Part shown: piece by piece, positions 8,238-18,141 of the stretch | How the letters are laid out: each line of letters begins with the position of its first letter | Position numbering within the stretch: position 1 is the stretch's first letter | Source: an uncultured Gammaproteobacteria bacterium | GTDB lineage: Bacteria; Pseudomonadota; Gammaproteobacteria; JACCXJ01 | Direction: 5' to 3' | Assembly (NCBI GenBank): GCA_963764725.1 | Contig: CAVXTM010000008.1 | Span: forward strand, 1 to 29,615 | Length of the DNA: 29,615 nt | The notes under the pieces: generated by a model | What the model saw: only the letters and a program-made list of their open reading frames with translations | What the model was told of the DNA's origin: nothing | The model's database searches: none | Program-made: the position numbers and the translations under genes

Positions 8238-8288
8238 GAAAGTTCTCAAAAGTTCTATCCAAGGATAGAGAACTTTAAGAAAACTTTC
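8238..8288. promoter_or_regulatory. Putative LexA operator region: imperfect palindrome built from AAAGTTCT repeats
   Basis: GAAAGTTCTCAAAAGTTCTATCC-AA-GGATAGAGAACTTTAAGAAAACTTTC directly upstream of the lexA ATG; includes GAAC-N7-AAAC (8270-8284). Confidence 0.6.
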
Positions 8289-8395
8289 AAGAGGGGCAAA
8301 CCGGCTAGCCGACCGGCCATGGAATGATGGTTATGGGTGGATGACAAATCGGGGCGGATCTCCTATCCTCGATACGAACAATCGTCCTTGGACTT

Positions 8396-8890
8396 ATGCC
8401 TAAGAAAGAAGATTTCACCGCAGAAGAATGGCAATGCATCGTTAGCACCCCTTCAATGGTCGGAATGGCGGTGGCCGTAGCGAGTCCGAGTGGTCCCGTC
8501 GGAGCCGTGAAGGAGATAGTTGCGCTGGGCAAGGCGTTGGAGGAGGTTGCGGAGCAAGGGAATTCCAATGGTTTAATCTCCGCAGTGGTCGCGGATCTAA
8601 AGGGGCGCGTTACGCCGCCCGCGGCGCCGCAGGAGCGTATCGCTTCGGCACAGGCCGCGAAGGAGCATGCCTTGTCGCAGTTACGGAAGGCGTCAGAAAT
8701 CTTGTTTCGCAAAGTTTCCGATGCCCAGGGCGAGCAATACAAGCGCTGGCTGGTGACACTCGCCGAGCGCGTAGCCAAGGCTGCGAAAGAAGGGAGCGTG
8801 CTGGGTTTCGGGGGTGAGCTCGTGTCCGACGAGGAGCGCTCGGCTATAAGGCAGATCGCGTTCGCGCTGGGGCTTCCGGCTACTGGGTGA
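8396..8890 (+). CDS. Hypothetical helical protein (possibly TerB-like fold)
   Basis: Protein-like 164-aa ORF with YKRWLVTLAERVAKAAKEG...LGFGG...VSDEERSAI. Confidence 0.75.
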   Translation: MPKKEDFTAEEWQCIVSTPSMVGMAVAVASPSGPVGAVKEIVALGKALEEVAEQGNSNGLISAVVADLKGRVTPPAAPQERIASAQAAKEHALSQLRKASEILFRKVSDAQGEQYKRWLVTLAERVAKAAKEGSVLGFGGELVSDEERSAIRQIAFALGLPATG

Positions 8891-8938
8891 TTGGGAATTG
8901 CCAAAGCATACCGGCAGAACTGCTCTGAACTAAGGCCG

Positions 8939-9484
8939 CTACGCTTGCCGCTCCCTCCGAAGCATGAGCTTATAAAGCACAGTCACCCACAACACCCCTA
9001 AAACCATCCCGCCAAGCGTATCCGATGGAAAGTGCACCTGCAGGTAGATCCGAGAGGCGGCCACGCAGGCCACCACCACCAGTGCCGCGCAGGCGACCCA
9101 CCATGCCCACTCGGGGGCTTGGCGGCGCACGATAAGAACTAGGCACAGGAAAAACGCAGTCGCATGAGCGGCATGCGCGCTCGGGAACGAATCCGAGACG
9201 GGTAGCTCGATCAAGAGCGGGTAAAGCGCGGGCCGAGGCCGCGCTAGAATCCGCTTAATGCTGTAGGCCATGAGCGCGGCCCCGCTCAGGCCCATCCCCA
9301 GCAACAGGGCCTCGAATCGATTTCGGCGATGGGCCAACAAGCTGACCAACCCGAGGCCAGCCGGGATGAGAACATAGAGTGAGCCGAGCCAGGTCACTCC
9401 ACGAAATAACTGATCGAGGATCTCGGAGCGATGAGCCGCGGCGAATGACAAGAGCGCCGTATCGATGTTAGAGAAACTGGCCAT
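8939..9484 (-). CDS. PAP2-family membrane phosphatase
   Basis: KRILARPRP, SFPSAH and SRIYLQVHFPSD catalytic motifs plus TM helices. Confidence 0.9.
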   Translation of the reverse strand: MASFSNIDTALLSFAAAHRSEILDQLFRGVTWLGSLYVLIPAGLGLVSLLAHRRNRFEALLLGMGLSGAALMAYSIKRILARPRPALYPLLIELPVSDSFPSAHAAHATAFFLCLVLIVRRQAPEWAWWVACAALVVVACVAASRIYLQVHFPSDTLGGMVLGVLWVTVLYKLMLRRERQA

Positions 9485-9540
9485 CGTACATCTGCGCGCT
9501 GATCGACCGCGCCCAGCCGGTGGTCGTGCGTAGGAAATGC

Positions 9541-10311
9541 TCAGGGCTCATCCGGGACGAACGCCAACCGCTCGGGGTCCCAGGAGCAGCAGCTGACGTC
9601 GATGTGCGGGCGCTCGATGCGCAGCACATTGAAGGAATTGCGCTCGCCGCGCACGCGCGTCGAGATCGCCGTGCCCGCGCTGACCGCAAGCGCGCTATAG
9701 CCGCCGATTCTAAAACGCTCGGCGAGGGGCCCGGTATGGCTGCGATGCAGATGGCCGGCGAGCAGGATGTCGAGTCGGCATTGGCCGAGCTTGGCCAGTG
9801 CCTGTGGCGGACAGCGAACCAGATCATTCTCGTCTCCGCCTTCGGGCACGTGAAAAGGATGGTGCGTGACCAGGATCCTGATCCTCTCCCCTCCCCCATC
9901 GCCTAGCCGCTCGCGGAGCATTTCGATCTGCGTTTCGTTGATGCGCCCGCCCTTGATCGTCAGTGACCGCGCGGTGTTAATGCCGAGCACCATGATCTCC
10001 TCGTCACGATAAAACGGCGCGAGGTCCTCCGTGATGTAGCGGCGATACTTGGCGAGCGGGCGAAGAAAGCGCGCGAAGAGATTGCGCATCGGCACGTCGT
10101 GGTTACCCGGCACGACGATCCGCGGCGCCCGGATCGTTTCCAGAAATGCCCGTGCCTGTTGAAACTGCGAGCTGCGCGCGCGCTGGGTCAAATCGCCCGA
10201 GACGGCCACGAGATTCGGCCTGATCCCGTGGATAAAGGCGATTAGCGAGGCGAGGATCGTCTCATCGATCTGCCCGAAATGCAGATCGGAGAGATGGACG
10301 ACGGTGCGCAC
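9541..10311 (-). CDS. Calcineurin-like metallophosphoesterase (CpdA-like); may extend to 9468 if a +1 frameshift at about 9545 is corrected
   Basis: SDLH, SGD, PGNHD, THH and GHLH motifs. Confidence 0.9.
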   Translation of the reverse strand: MRTVVHLSDLHFGQIDETILASLIAFIHGIRPNLVAVSGDLTQRARSSQFQQARAFLETIRAPRIVVPGNHDVPMRNLFARFLRPLAKYRRYITEDLAPFYRDEEIMVLGINTARSLTIKGGRINETQIEMLRERLGDGGGERIRILVTHHPFHVPEGGDENDLVRCPPQALAKLGQCRLDILLAGHLHRSHTGPLAERFRIGGYSALAVSAGTAISTRVRGERNSFNVLRIERPHIDVSCCSWDPERLAFVPDEP

Positions 10312-10363
10312 GGGCGTTACTCTAAGCTGCGATCGGGAGTGACCGCGATCAGTCTAGCAGCTT

Positions 10364-11276
10364 TCACTGCTCTGCCGTTTCCGCCGCCGGCACGAGCACC
10401 CGCAGCGCTCCGGGTCGAACCCGGTAATGGAGTGGGGTAGGCATCACGGTGACCTCACCGTCGATGGCGACGTGCACGCGCGTGCGCTTCGTTTCGATGT
10501 AGACCTCGTCGGTACAGAGCGCATCGAAATCCTTCTCATTTTGCAACTTGCCGGCGAGGGCGCGCAGGGCGAAGCGCAGGAGCCCGAGGCGCCCGGTACG
10601 GCGTGCCATGTAGAGACATAGTCGTCCCGCATCGAGGCGTTGGCGGGTGCCGATCTCGAAACCCGCGATCTCGTATTCGTTGTTGCCGATGAAGATGAAC
10701 GGGGTGCGCCGCACCGATTCGTGATCGCCTGCGTTCACGCGCACAACGAGGAAGGGGTAGCGGCGCAGCACAGAGAGCGCCGCCCATAGGAACGCCGGCC
10801 ACTTGCCGTGCCCCAGGCGATCTTGCAGCTTCTCGCGATGGCGTACGATCATCGGATAGAGTCCGAGACCCGAATTGTTGAGAAAGAACCGGCCGTTGAC
10901 CTCCCCGACATCCACCTGCGCCACCGTACCCCCGAGGATCGTCCGCACAGACTCTCCCAGGGCGAGCGGAATATTGAGATCCTTGGCGAAGTGATTCGAG
11001 TGTCCCGAGAGGCAGCACCCCGAGCGTGCGATCGGTCTCGATAAGGACGGACGCCACGGCGTTCGATCGTCCCATCCCCGCCTCCGGCGACCACGGGGCC
11101 GGCATCCCCGGCGGCCGCACGGCGTGCAAGATCCACAATCTCCTCCCCGCTGCGCGCAATCAAGAAATTCGCTCGGCGCCGAGATTGTGGAACGCTTCCG
11201 CGATGCGCGTCCGCGCCTCCGCGGTCGTGTCCGATCCCGCGGAGTCATTGATGATAATCGCGATGGGCGTGGCCAT
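10364..11276 (-). pseudogene. Diacylglycerol/lipid kinase family protein (YegS/BmrU-like) with at least 3 frameshifts in the 5' third
   Basis: Pieces lie in different frames: MATPIAIIINDSAG / VVAGGGDGTI / NAVASVL...LGVLPLGT / NHFAKDLNIP...VDVGEVNGRFFLNN...IDGE. Confidence 0.85.
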
Positions 11277-11336
11277 AGCAGCTGCGCCGCGCGGGAGGGC
11301 CGTGTCCCGTGCAGCGCGTTTTCGATTGATGAGAGC

Positions 11337-11771
11337 TTAGGCGTTACCCGCGGCGGTACGCACTTCGACGCGGTTCTCCACGTCTATCACCCCGGGTACC
11401 GCGCGGACACACGTGAGCACTATGTCTTGCTCCTCCGCCGACACCTCCCCGCTCAGTATCACCAGCCCGTTATGGGCAATCACCTCAACCGCGGGCGGCT
11501 GGGGGAGGGCCCGTTCCAGCGCCAACCGTACCCGCCTCGCCAGCTCGTCATCGGTCGCTACATCGTTCGCAGCCGCGTATGAGATATCATCGTCGCCCGC
11601 TCCAGCGACACGATCACTACTCGCCTCTGCCCCAGCCAAGGAGGCCTGTTCCTTCTTGGTGGGCCTCGCCCATTTTTCGTGCAGCCACAGCCGGCGGCGT
11701 GCGCCTGAGTCCGGATCGAGGAAATACATCAACCCCGCGCCGATGCCGATCAGTAGTAAGGTCATCAACAT
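11337..11771 (-). CDS. BON-domain protein with N-terminal membrane anchor
   Basis: GAGLMYFLDP..GARRR and DDELARRV...GLVILSGEV...VPGVIDVENRV. Confidence 0.85.
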   Translation of the reverse strand: MLMTLLLIGIGAGLMYFLDPDSGARRRLWLHEKWARPTKKEQASLAGAEASSDRVAGAGDDDISYAAANDVATDDELARRVRLALERALPQPPAVEVIAHNGLVILSGEVSAEEQDIVLTCVRAVPGVIDVENRVEVRTAAGNA

Positions 11772-12127
11772 AATGTTGTCCTATTGCTCTGGTTTGTGTT
11801 CGTGCGTCGATGCTGGACACAAACGTTAGTTCCAGGTGCTTACCGCCGTTCCTCTCAAGGTGAACGACCATTTAAAGCTTAGGTTCAATCGCAGATGCGC
11901 AGGAGGAATGACAAGGATGGGTATCGGGACGTCTAGACGCCACAGGAGGTATCCCTCTCTTCTTGCGAATTTTTAATCCTCCTTTTTTCTCAAAAGTGAA
12001 GGTACTGCTTAACCTGCGGGGTGTCAATCACGCGTGTCCTGGGTCCAGGATTGGGGACTTCCGGGATATTTATGAGGTACCATCAAAGGGTGTGTAAAAA
12101 GGTGAAGGCGATGTACTCTTACCGGCA

Positions 12128-12436
12128 GTGGCAAGCGTCCAAGTGAAAACACTCAAGGGCCGTTTCTCGATGATGCACATGACCTTAAAACTGGCGCGTC
12201 GCGTCGCGATTTGCGTCATTGGAACGACCGTATTGCTTCTGGGAGTTGTGATGCTTGTGCTTCCCGGTCCTGCAGTGCTAGTGATCCCCGCAGGCCTGGC
12301 AATCCTCGCCGTGGAGTTTGCCTGGGCGCGAAAGTGGCTTCGGATAGTGCGAGCTAAAACCCATGAAGCTCTGAGCGGTAGCTATTGGCGAGGAGGCAAC
12401 GGAAAGTCTGTTAGCCCGCGTAAACCGGAACGCTAA
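12128..12436 (+). CDS. PGPGW-type small transmembrane protein (start may be ATG 12170)
   Basis: LVLPGPAVLVIPAGLAILAVEFAWA motif. Confidence 0.8.
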   Translation: MASVQVKTLKGRFSMMHMTLKLARRVAICVIGTTVLLLGVVMLVLPGPAVLVIPAGLAILAVEFAWARKWLRIVRAKTHEALSGSYWRGGNGKSVSPRKPER

Positions 12437-12540
12437 AGGTGGTTCCGCCGAAGTAGCTGTAGCCCAACGGAGAACGGCCTCCAAACGATGAAGGTACTAA
12501 CCTCGGCCCTAAGCCCAGGTTGGAACAATGCGCAGCGATG

Positions 12541-13524
12541 CTACTGCGCCAGGGCCAAGATTGCAGCGTACACACCCTGCACCACCCCGGCCATGCGCTG
12601 GTAGTCCAGCGTCTCGGCTGTGTCTCGGGGTGTGTGATAGTTCGGGTTCCGGTAGAACGCCGTGTCGGTGATCATCACCGCGTCGTAACCCATTTCCCAG
12701 TAGTTGCGGTGATCCGAGAAGTCGATCCCCGGCACCGAGCGTGGGGCATTCATGGAGTACACCGGCAGCAGAGAGGCAGCTTGCATGGCCGCCTTCACGC
12801 GCCGCACGACCATAGGCTGATTCAGCTTGCCGACCACGGCGATGAAATTACCTTGCGTGGGATAGAAGAGGTTCATTAGCGGATGCGGATAACGCTGGCT
12901 ATTGGGCGCGTCAGAAAAAAAGCCCAGCATTTCCAGCGAAAACATCGCGCGCACTGGAACACCTTGCTGTTTGAGCGAACGCGCGTGCACAAAGCTTCCC
13001 ATACGCTGCGTGCGAAAATGCTGCCCCTCTTCCAGGGTGTACGCGACGAGTTCTATCTGCATGGGTGGCGATGTCGCGCCCAGCCAATAGGCGAGCTCGA
13101 TTAGCCCGGCGACACCGCTAGCATTGTCGTCGGCGGCGGGCACCTCTGCAGCCACAGAGTCGTAGTGCGCGCCGACCACGATGCGTTCGGCGGTATTCGG
13201 TCCGAATAGCGCGATGACGTTGCGGTAGGTCTTTCCATCCAAATCGTAGGGCTGATCCGAAACCGTGCCGCCCGCCTGTTCAAATTCGCGGCGAATGTAG
13301 GCAGCAGCGCGATCCAGCATGTGTGGGTGGCTCTCGTCCCGCGGCACCAGCGTCTCGGACAACATCCGTACGTGTACTTCCAGTCTAGCAGGATCGCTAT
13401 TGACGGTTGCGGCTTTCGGCGCGCGCGGCAATAGCGGCTGGGTCACCAGCGCCCAGGCAACGACCAGCACGCCGGTCACAACGAGGAAGCTCAGTAACAA
13501 GCTAGAACCCAATCGCCTGCGCAT
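12541..13524 (-). CDS. M28-family peptidase, membrane anchored
   Basis: GAHYD, ADDNASG, TLEE, SLEMLG, SDH and YH motifs. Confidence 0.9.
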   Translation of the reverse strand: MRRRLGSSLLLSFLVVTGVLVVAWALVTQPLLPRAPKAATVNSDPARLEVHVRMLSETLVPRDESHPHMLDRAAAYIRREFEQAGGTVSDQPYDLDGKTYRNVIALFGPNTAERIVVGAHYDSVAAEVPAADDNASGVAGLIELAYWLGATSPPMQIELVAYTLEEGQHFRTQRMGSFVHARSLKQQGVPVRAMFSLEMLGFFSDAPNSQRYPHPLMNLFYPTQGNFIAVVGKLNQPMVVRRVKAAMQAASLLPVYSMNAPRSVPGIDFSDHRNYWEMGYDAVMITDTAFYRNPNYHTPRDTAETLDYQRMAGVVQGVYAAILALAQ

Positions 13525-13666
13525 AGCATCGCGGCACTCAAAAGTACACCGTGTTTATGCGATCGCTCAAGTTCGCGGTGCGGAGCGTTAAGCCTACGGC
13601 CTCACCGTGCGTCTACGGCTGGCAGAACCGCCGCCGTTCCGGGTGCCGTCCGTCCACCGCGCACGG

Positions 13667-14249
13667 CTAGGGATCATCGGCGAGCAACGCCTCGATCTTC
13701 GCGCGCATTACGCGGAAGTCGTCGGTATCGGGCGCTAGTTTCCCGCCCAGATGCACGTGACGGATCACGCCGCGCCGATCGATGACGAAGCTGACGCTCG
13801 TCCACGACCGCTCGTGGCCATCGAGCCACCAGCGCTTCAAGGTCTGCCAGTCGGGATCCACGGCCACGGGGAAGCGAAACTGGTAGTGCTCGACGTAGCC
13901 GCGCACGGTCTCGAGATCGAGCGGCTCGGGGCCCTTGTGGTGGTACACGCCGATCACAACCAGGCCGCGGCCGCGGTACTCCCCATCGAAACGGTTCAGG
14001 GCCGGCGCGGTGGCGCTGCAGAACGGGCAGCTCGGAGCCATGAGCCAGCGCACCAGCACCACTTTGCCGCGCAGGTCCTCTAGCGCGAGCGGCTCGGAGT
14101 TGAACCAGTGATCGAGCTTCCAGCCGGGCGCGGGCCGGCCGATGAGACCGCTGAGGTCGTCGGTGGCCGGTGGGTCCGCGGTCGGGATGCAGAGGCTCTC
14201 GCGCATGCCGCGAGCAGGACGATGGGGAGGATCCAGCGCGTGGCACCAT
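13667..14249 (-). CDS. TlpA-like thioredoxin/redoxin, probable lipoprotein with a frameshifted 5' end
   Basis: LRGKVVLV..W...CPFC and VIDRRGVIR. A signal peptide with lipobox (WILPIVLLAAC) lies in an adjacent frame just after ATG 14249. Confidence 0.8.
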
Positions 14250-14764
14250 AGTAGCCCACGGCGGACTTGCGCTGAAGTGAGCGGCGAGGACAAGCCATGG
14301 CCAATATCACGCAAGGGCGATCCCTTTCACACCATTGGCGAGATCCCCCGCCATCCTCTACTTTGAGATCCTTCCTGGAGAATCATCTCACCGACTCGTG
14401 GCCAACCCGCGAGATAGTGATCGTAGCCCAAATAGGCATGCATGAATTTTTGGGAATGACAGGGCTTCGGCAAACGTTCCGATGGACGATGATATCACGC
14501 GGTGTTATGCTAGGTCGTTGAAAGTGATTGCCGGCGAGAAAACGGCCGGGCTGCTTGCCGAATCTGGCGCGCTACATCCTACGCTTCCTTCTCCAAGCTT
14601 CTACTCTGTAAAGGTATTCCGTCGGCGTGATTCGCGTTGGCGTGATCCCGCGAGGCGGAGCCCTTTCACGATACCAGTCGACCAACGACTGCGATGGTTG
14701 AACTCCTCCTCTGCCCGAGCCTTTGCCAAATGGAGTTCCCCTAGTAACTATACAGGAGATGACG

Positions 14765-15079
14765 ATGATGAAACTACTTTCCCTCAGTTCGGTATTGATA
14801 CTTACAGCGTTGTTCAGCCTCGATGGTTTCGGCCAGACAGAGAGCGCGACTGGAGCTGAACCTGAGATCTCCGGCCCGTCGACCATGGATTTGTGCACAG
14901 AAGTGATGACACTGAATGCCCAACAGCTCGAATCCGACGAGGCAGAAACGAAATTATTCATGGTAGGCTGCTCAGCGGGCGCCAAGTATGGCTCGGCAGC
15001 GTGGCAGTGCGTGCTCACGGCGATGCAACGCGGGGGGTCGTATCTCAAGGCTACGGATGAATGTTTCCCGAAAGGATAG
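14765..15079 (+). CDS. Small secreted Cys-containing hypothetical protein
   Basis: AGGAG RBS at 14754-14758, signal peptide MMKLLSLSSVLILTALFSLDGFG, four Cys. Confidence 0.65.
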   Translation: MMKLLSLSSVLILTALFSLDGFGQTESATGAEPEISGPSTMDLCTEVMTLNAQQLESDEAETKLFMVGCSAGAKYGSAAWQCVLTAMQRGGSYLKATDECFPKG

Positions 15080-15272
15080 TTGTTTCGCAGACTGAACGCA
15101 GCCCTGTATTAGAAGTTTCGGTTGCAGGCTTCTGGCGGGAATGAAGGTTGCCGCTAGGATGAACGAGCTAGTGTCCTTAGGCTTTGGGTCAGCGCGCCAG
15201 ATCTCGGCGCGGCCAAGTTAATCTAGGCATTGTCCGGCACGGCCCCCTGGGCCACATACTTCACTTTCGACA

Positions 15273-15929
15273 GTGCATCCCGTACATAAATTTGTCCGTA
15301 GACGTCCGAATCTAAGCATTTCGATCGTCGTGGGTGTCTTTGCCGGGCTGCTGCTTCCTTCGGTGTGGAATCCCATTACACGGGCACTGTACGCCTGGAA
15401 TATCGCGGTATGGCTTTATCTGGTATCGATGGCATTTCTGCTGATGGGCGTGAGTCACGCCAGGGTGCGCGAGATAGCAGAGGAGGAGGACGAGAGCGCG
15501 GTGGCGATATTGGCAATCCTGTCTGTCGCCGCGATAGCCAGTCTTGCGGCGATTGCCATTGAACTTTCCGTCTTGAAAGACCTGCCCCTAACCTTTCGTG
15601 TGGCCAAATACGTCTTAACGGGATCCACCATCATTGGCTCGTGGTTTCTGATCGCCGTTCTCTACACCGTCCACTATGCGCATTTGTTCTACAGGTCACC
15701 GCCGGGTAACCGGGCATTGCAGTTTCCGGATAAAGGGCAAACCCCGGACTATTGGGATTTCATGTATTTTTCGTTCACGATCGCCGTTGCCGCGCAGACA
15801 TCGGACATCGTCATCATGTCGCATTCGCTGCGCAAGACCGTGCTGGCGCAATCGATTCTCAGCTTTTTCTTCAACGTCGCCATTCTTGGCCTGTCGATCA
15901 ATATCGCTGCCAGTCTGGTGAATTCCTGA
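15273..15929 (+). CDS. DUF1345-family membrane protein
   Basis: HYAHLFY, PDYWDFMYFSFTIAVAAQTSD and SFFFN motifs. Confidence 0.88.
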   Translation: MHPVHKFVRRRPNLSISIVVGVFAGLLLPSVWNPITRALYAWNIAVWLYLVSMAFLLMGVSHARVREIAEEEDESAVAILAILSVAAIASLAAIAIELSVLKDLPLTFRVAKYVLTGSTIIGSWFLIAVLYTVHYAHLFYRSPPGNRALQFPDKGQTPDYWDFMYFSFTIAVAAQTSDIVIMSHSLRKTVLAQSILSFFFNVAILGLSINIAASLVNS

Positions 15930-16144
15930 AAGCAGAAATCACACCGAAATTCGTCCAATGGACCGTTTGCTCTGGCCTGGGTCTCTCGGATCTGGCCAGG
16001 ATGGCGCGAGGGGTTGCAAGGCGTGAAGCTTGCGGCTTGTGGTTCGATACAGTTCACCCCACTTGACTGGCTGCACCCCAGCTGAAGAACGCAGCCAAGA
16101 TGAGGACCATGGCGATGATAAGGGCGACGACAGAGGACGCCGAG

Positions 16145-17854
16145 ATGCGTTACGATGTGTTCATCTCCTACAGTCACGGAGCCGATAGCCGGACCGCCGC
16201 GCAACTCCAACGCGCCCTGCAAAGTATAGCCAAACCGTGGTATCGCCTACGTGGCATGCGCGTTTTCCGGGACCAAACGGATTTGTCAGTGGCACCAGAG
16301 GGATGGCCGGCCATCCAATCGGCACTCGCAGAATCTCGGTTCTTATTGTTGATGGCATCCAAACAGGCTGCGGGCTCCAAATGGATCGCTAAAGAACTCG
16401 CCTACTGGCGCACGAATCGCTCCACTGAAACACTACTGATCGCGCTGACGGATGGTGACATCGTTTGGGACGACAGCAGAGGCGACTTCGACTGGGAGCG
16501 GACGACGTCATTGCCAAAGCAGTTATCCGGCGCGAGTCGAAGTGAACCGTTTTGGGCCGACCTTCGATGGACGAGTGAGCAGCAAATATTGACGCTTCGG
16601 AATCCGGAGTTCCTGAGTTCCGTTGCCAAGCTGGCGGCGCCGGTACGTAATCTAGATGTCGCGGAACTTGTCAGTGAAGACCACAGGCAGCATCGTCGCA
16701 CGTTGCGTGCGGCATACGCCACGGGGGTGGCATTGATAACAATCCTGGGAATCGCCTTTTGGCAGTTTCAGTCGAGACTTGCGGCGATCGACCGAGAACG
16801 CGATCAACACGTTTTGGCATCCGTGGCGCGCGCGTACCAGGCACTGTCCGTCGATCCACTTAAAGCCGTTGACGAGGCGCGCGAGGCACTGACGGTGAAA
16901 GAGACTTCGGAAGGCAAGCAGGCCCTACGAACTGCCATGGAAGTCGGCCTGCGCCGCCGCGAGAACCGCCAGGACGAAAGGGAAGTACTTGGCTCAGGTG
17001 TCGGTTACCTGATGGAACGATGGCGACGCGGTGATGTTTTCACGAAGCTGCGAAATGACGGGCGTTACGCACTGGTGGCGAGCGAAAGGGGCAAAGATGG
17101 TCCCAATCCGCCGGGCAACGTTTACATGATCGGCATGGACAACCTGCGCACGAAGGAACTGCAGCCAGGCGATGCAGCCAAGGGTCGGCGTGTCGAGTAT
17201 ATGGGATTCAGCTCGTCAGGAAATGAAATATTCGTGGCTCGCCAGTTCTATCTGGACGTCTACGATCTCGAGGGGAATCGGACTAAGAGTGCGCAGCTTG
17301 AATACCACGCAAAACCGACCCATTTGATCGCTGGCATGTTCGGTTCCTTCGTCCTCGTCGGGGACACAGTCGGCCATGTCATGTTGGCGGACACATCATC
17401 CGAGAAGAGACCGCAATTGAAGGGCGGTCTGTACCCGGACGCCGCTTTGTTCATCGAAAGTAACTCGGAGGCCAACCGTGCGATCGTGGTCTTCGAGTCT
17501 GGGCGAGTCCAGTTCGTCGTCATCAATGACCCGTCCTCCCCGGCTGAGTATGAGCTCGGGACGAAGGGCACGATTCACGCTGCCTTCATTCCACGACCCC
17601 ACACGGGTCGTTTTCTCACGGCGAGTCAAACCGGTCAGATTGATGTGTGGCGATTTGCCGACGGCGCCCCCGTGAAGCTCGCATCGTTCAACCATGGAAC
17701 GACGCCGGTTGGGCTCGCAAGCTTCTCCGGCGACGGGGCGCGAATAATCTCCTTAAGCGACGACGACGTCTATAAGGTCTGGGATATCAGCAAACGGGAA
17801 TTGGTCGTTTCATATCCTTGGGGTATCCGTTCGACGAATCCCGTTCTCCATTGA
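16145..17854 (+). CDS. TIR-domain protein with a TM helix and a C-terminal WD40-like beta-propeller
   Basis: YDVFISYSH, VFRD and SKWIAKEL form the TIR domain. Hydrophobic AAYATGVALITILGIAFW follows, then WD-like blades (GQIDVW, VYKVWDI). GAGG RBS before ATG 16145; the ORF is open from 16100. Confidence 0.85.
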   Translation: MRYDVFISYSHGADSRTAAQLQRALQSIAKPWYRLRGMRVFRDQTDLSVAPEGWPAIQSALAESRFLLLMASKQAAGSKWIAKELAYWRTNRSTETLLIALTDGDIVWDDSRGDFDWERTTSLPKQLSGASRSEPFWADLRWTSEQQILTLRNPEFLSSVAKLAAPVRNLDVAELVSEDHRQHRRTLRAAYATGVALITILGIAFWQFQSRLAAIDRERDQHVLASVARAYQALSVDPLKAVDEAREALTVKETSEGKQALRTAMEVGLRRRENRQDEREVLGSGVGYLMERWRRGDVFTKLRNDGRYALVASERGKDGPNPPGNVYMIGMDNLRTKELQPGDAAKGRRVEYMGFSSSGNEIFVARQFYLDVYDLEGNRTKSAQLEYHAKPTHLIAGMFGSFVLVGDTVGHVMLADTSSEKRPQLKGGLYPDAALFIESNSEANRAIVVFESGRVQFVVINDPSSPAEYELGTKGTIHAAFIPRPHTGRFLTASQTGQIDVWRFADGAPVKLASFNHGTTPVGLASFSGDGARIISLSDDDVYKVWDISKRELVVSYPWGIRSTNPVLH

Positions 17855-17978
17855 CTGTAGTGCACAAAAAATATTCGAACAGTTTACCGCAAACGCTACT
17901 ACAGATGCTCCGGTAACCGGTTTGTGATTCGTCACTAAAAACAGTTTCTGTCTATTGATCCCTCTTCTGAGTATCGAT

Positions 17979-18104
17979 GCGCCGCTTGTAGATACCCCGC
18001 ACCGTGAGCAAGCAGAACTCCTCAGGACTGAGTCCATGGTATAAAAACACCGAGAGGATGGCGCGATCCCGCTTCCCCTTGCGCATCTCGGCTGCTGGTG
18101 AAAG
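17979..18104 (-). pseudogene. Tyrosine recombinase box I fragment
   Basis: KGKRDRAILSVFLYHGLSPEEFCLLTVRGI resembles RDRAIL..L...GLR..E; the catalytic Arg is replaced and no other part of the gene is present. Confidence 0.6.
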
Positions 18105-18141
18105 TACCGATCCGGTCATCGGGTGGCCGGCTTTCAGCGCC

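Noticed and set aside
12436-13666. Possible cassette borders around the M28 peptidase (GCCCAAC near 12462, GTTAAGC near 13587)
   Set aside because: No pairing L boxes could be found and the orientation does not fit the minus-strand gene.
14575-14582. CATCCTAC as a second target for the IS1111 guide
   Set aside because: Only the right half matches; the left flank GCGCTA differs from CAGCGC.
15185-15240. attC-like right half upstream of the DUF1345 gene
   Set aside because: No GTT at the R' position (GCATTG) and no matching R'' box.
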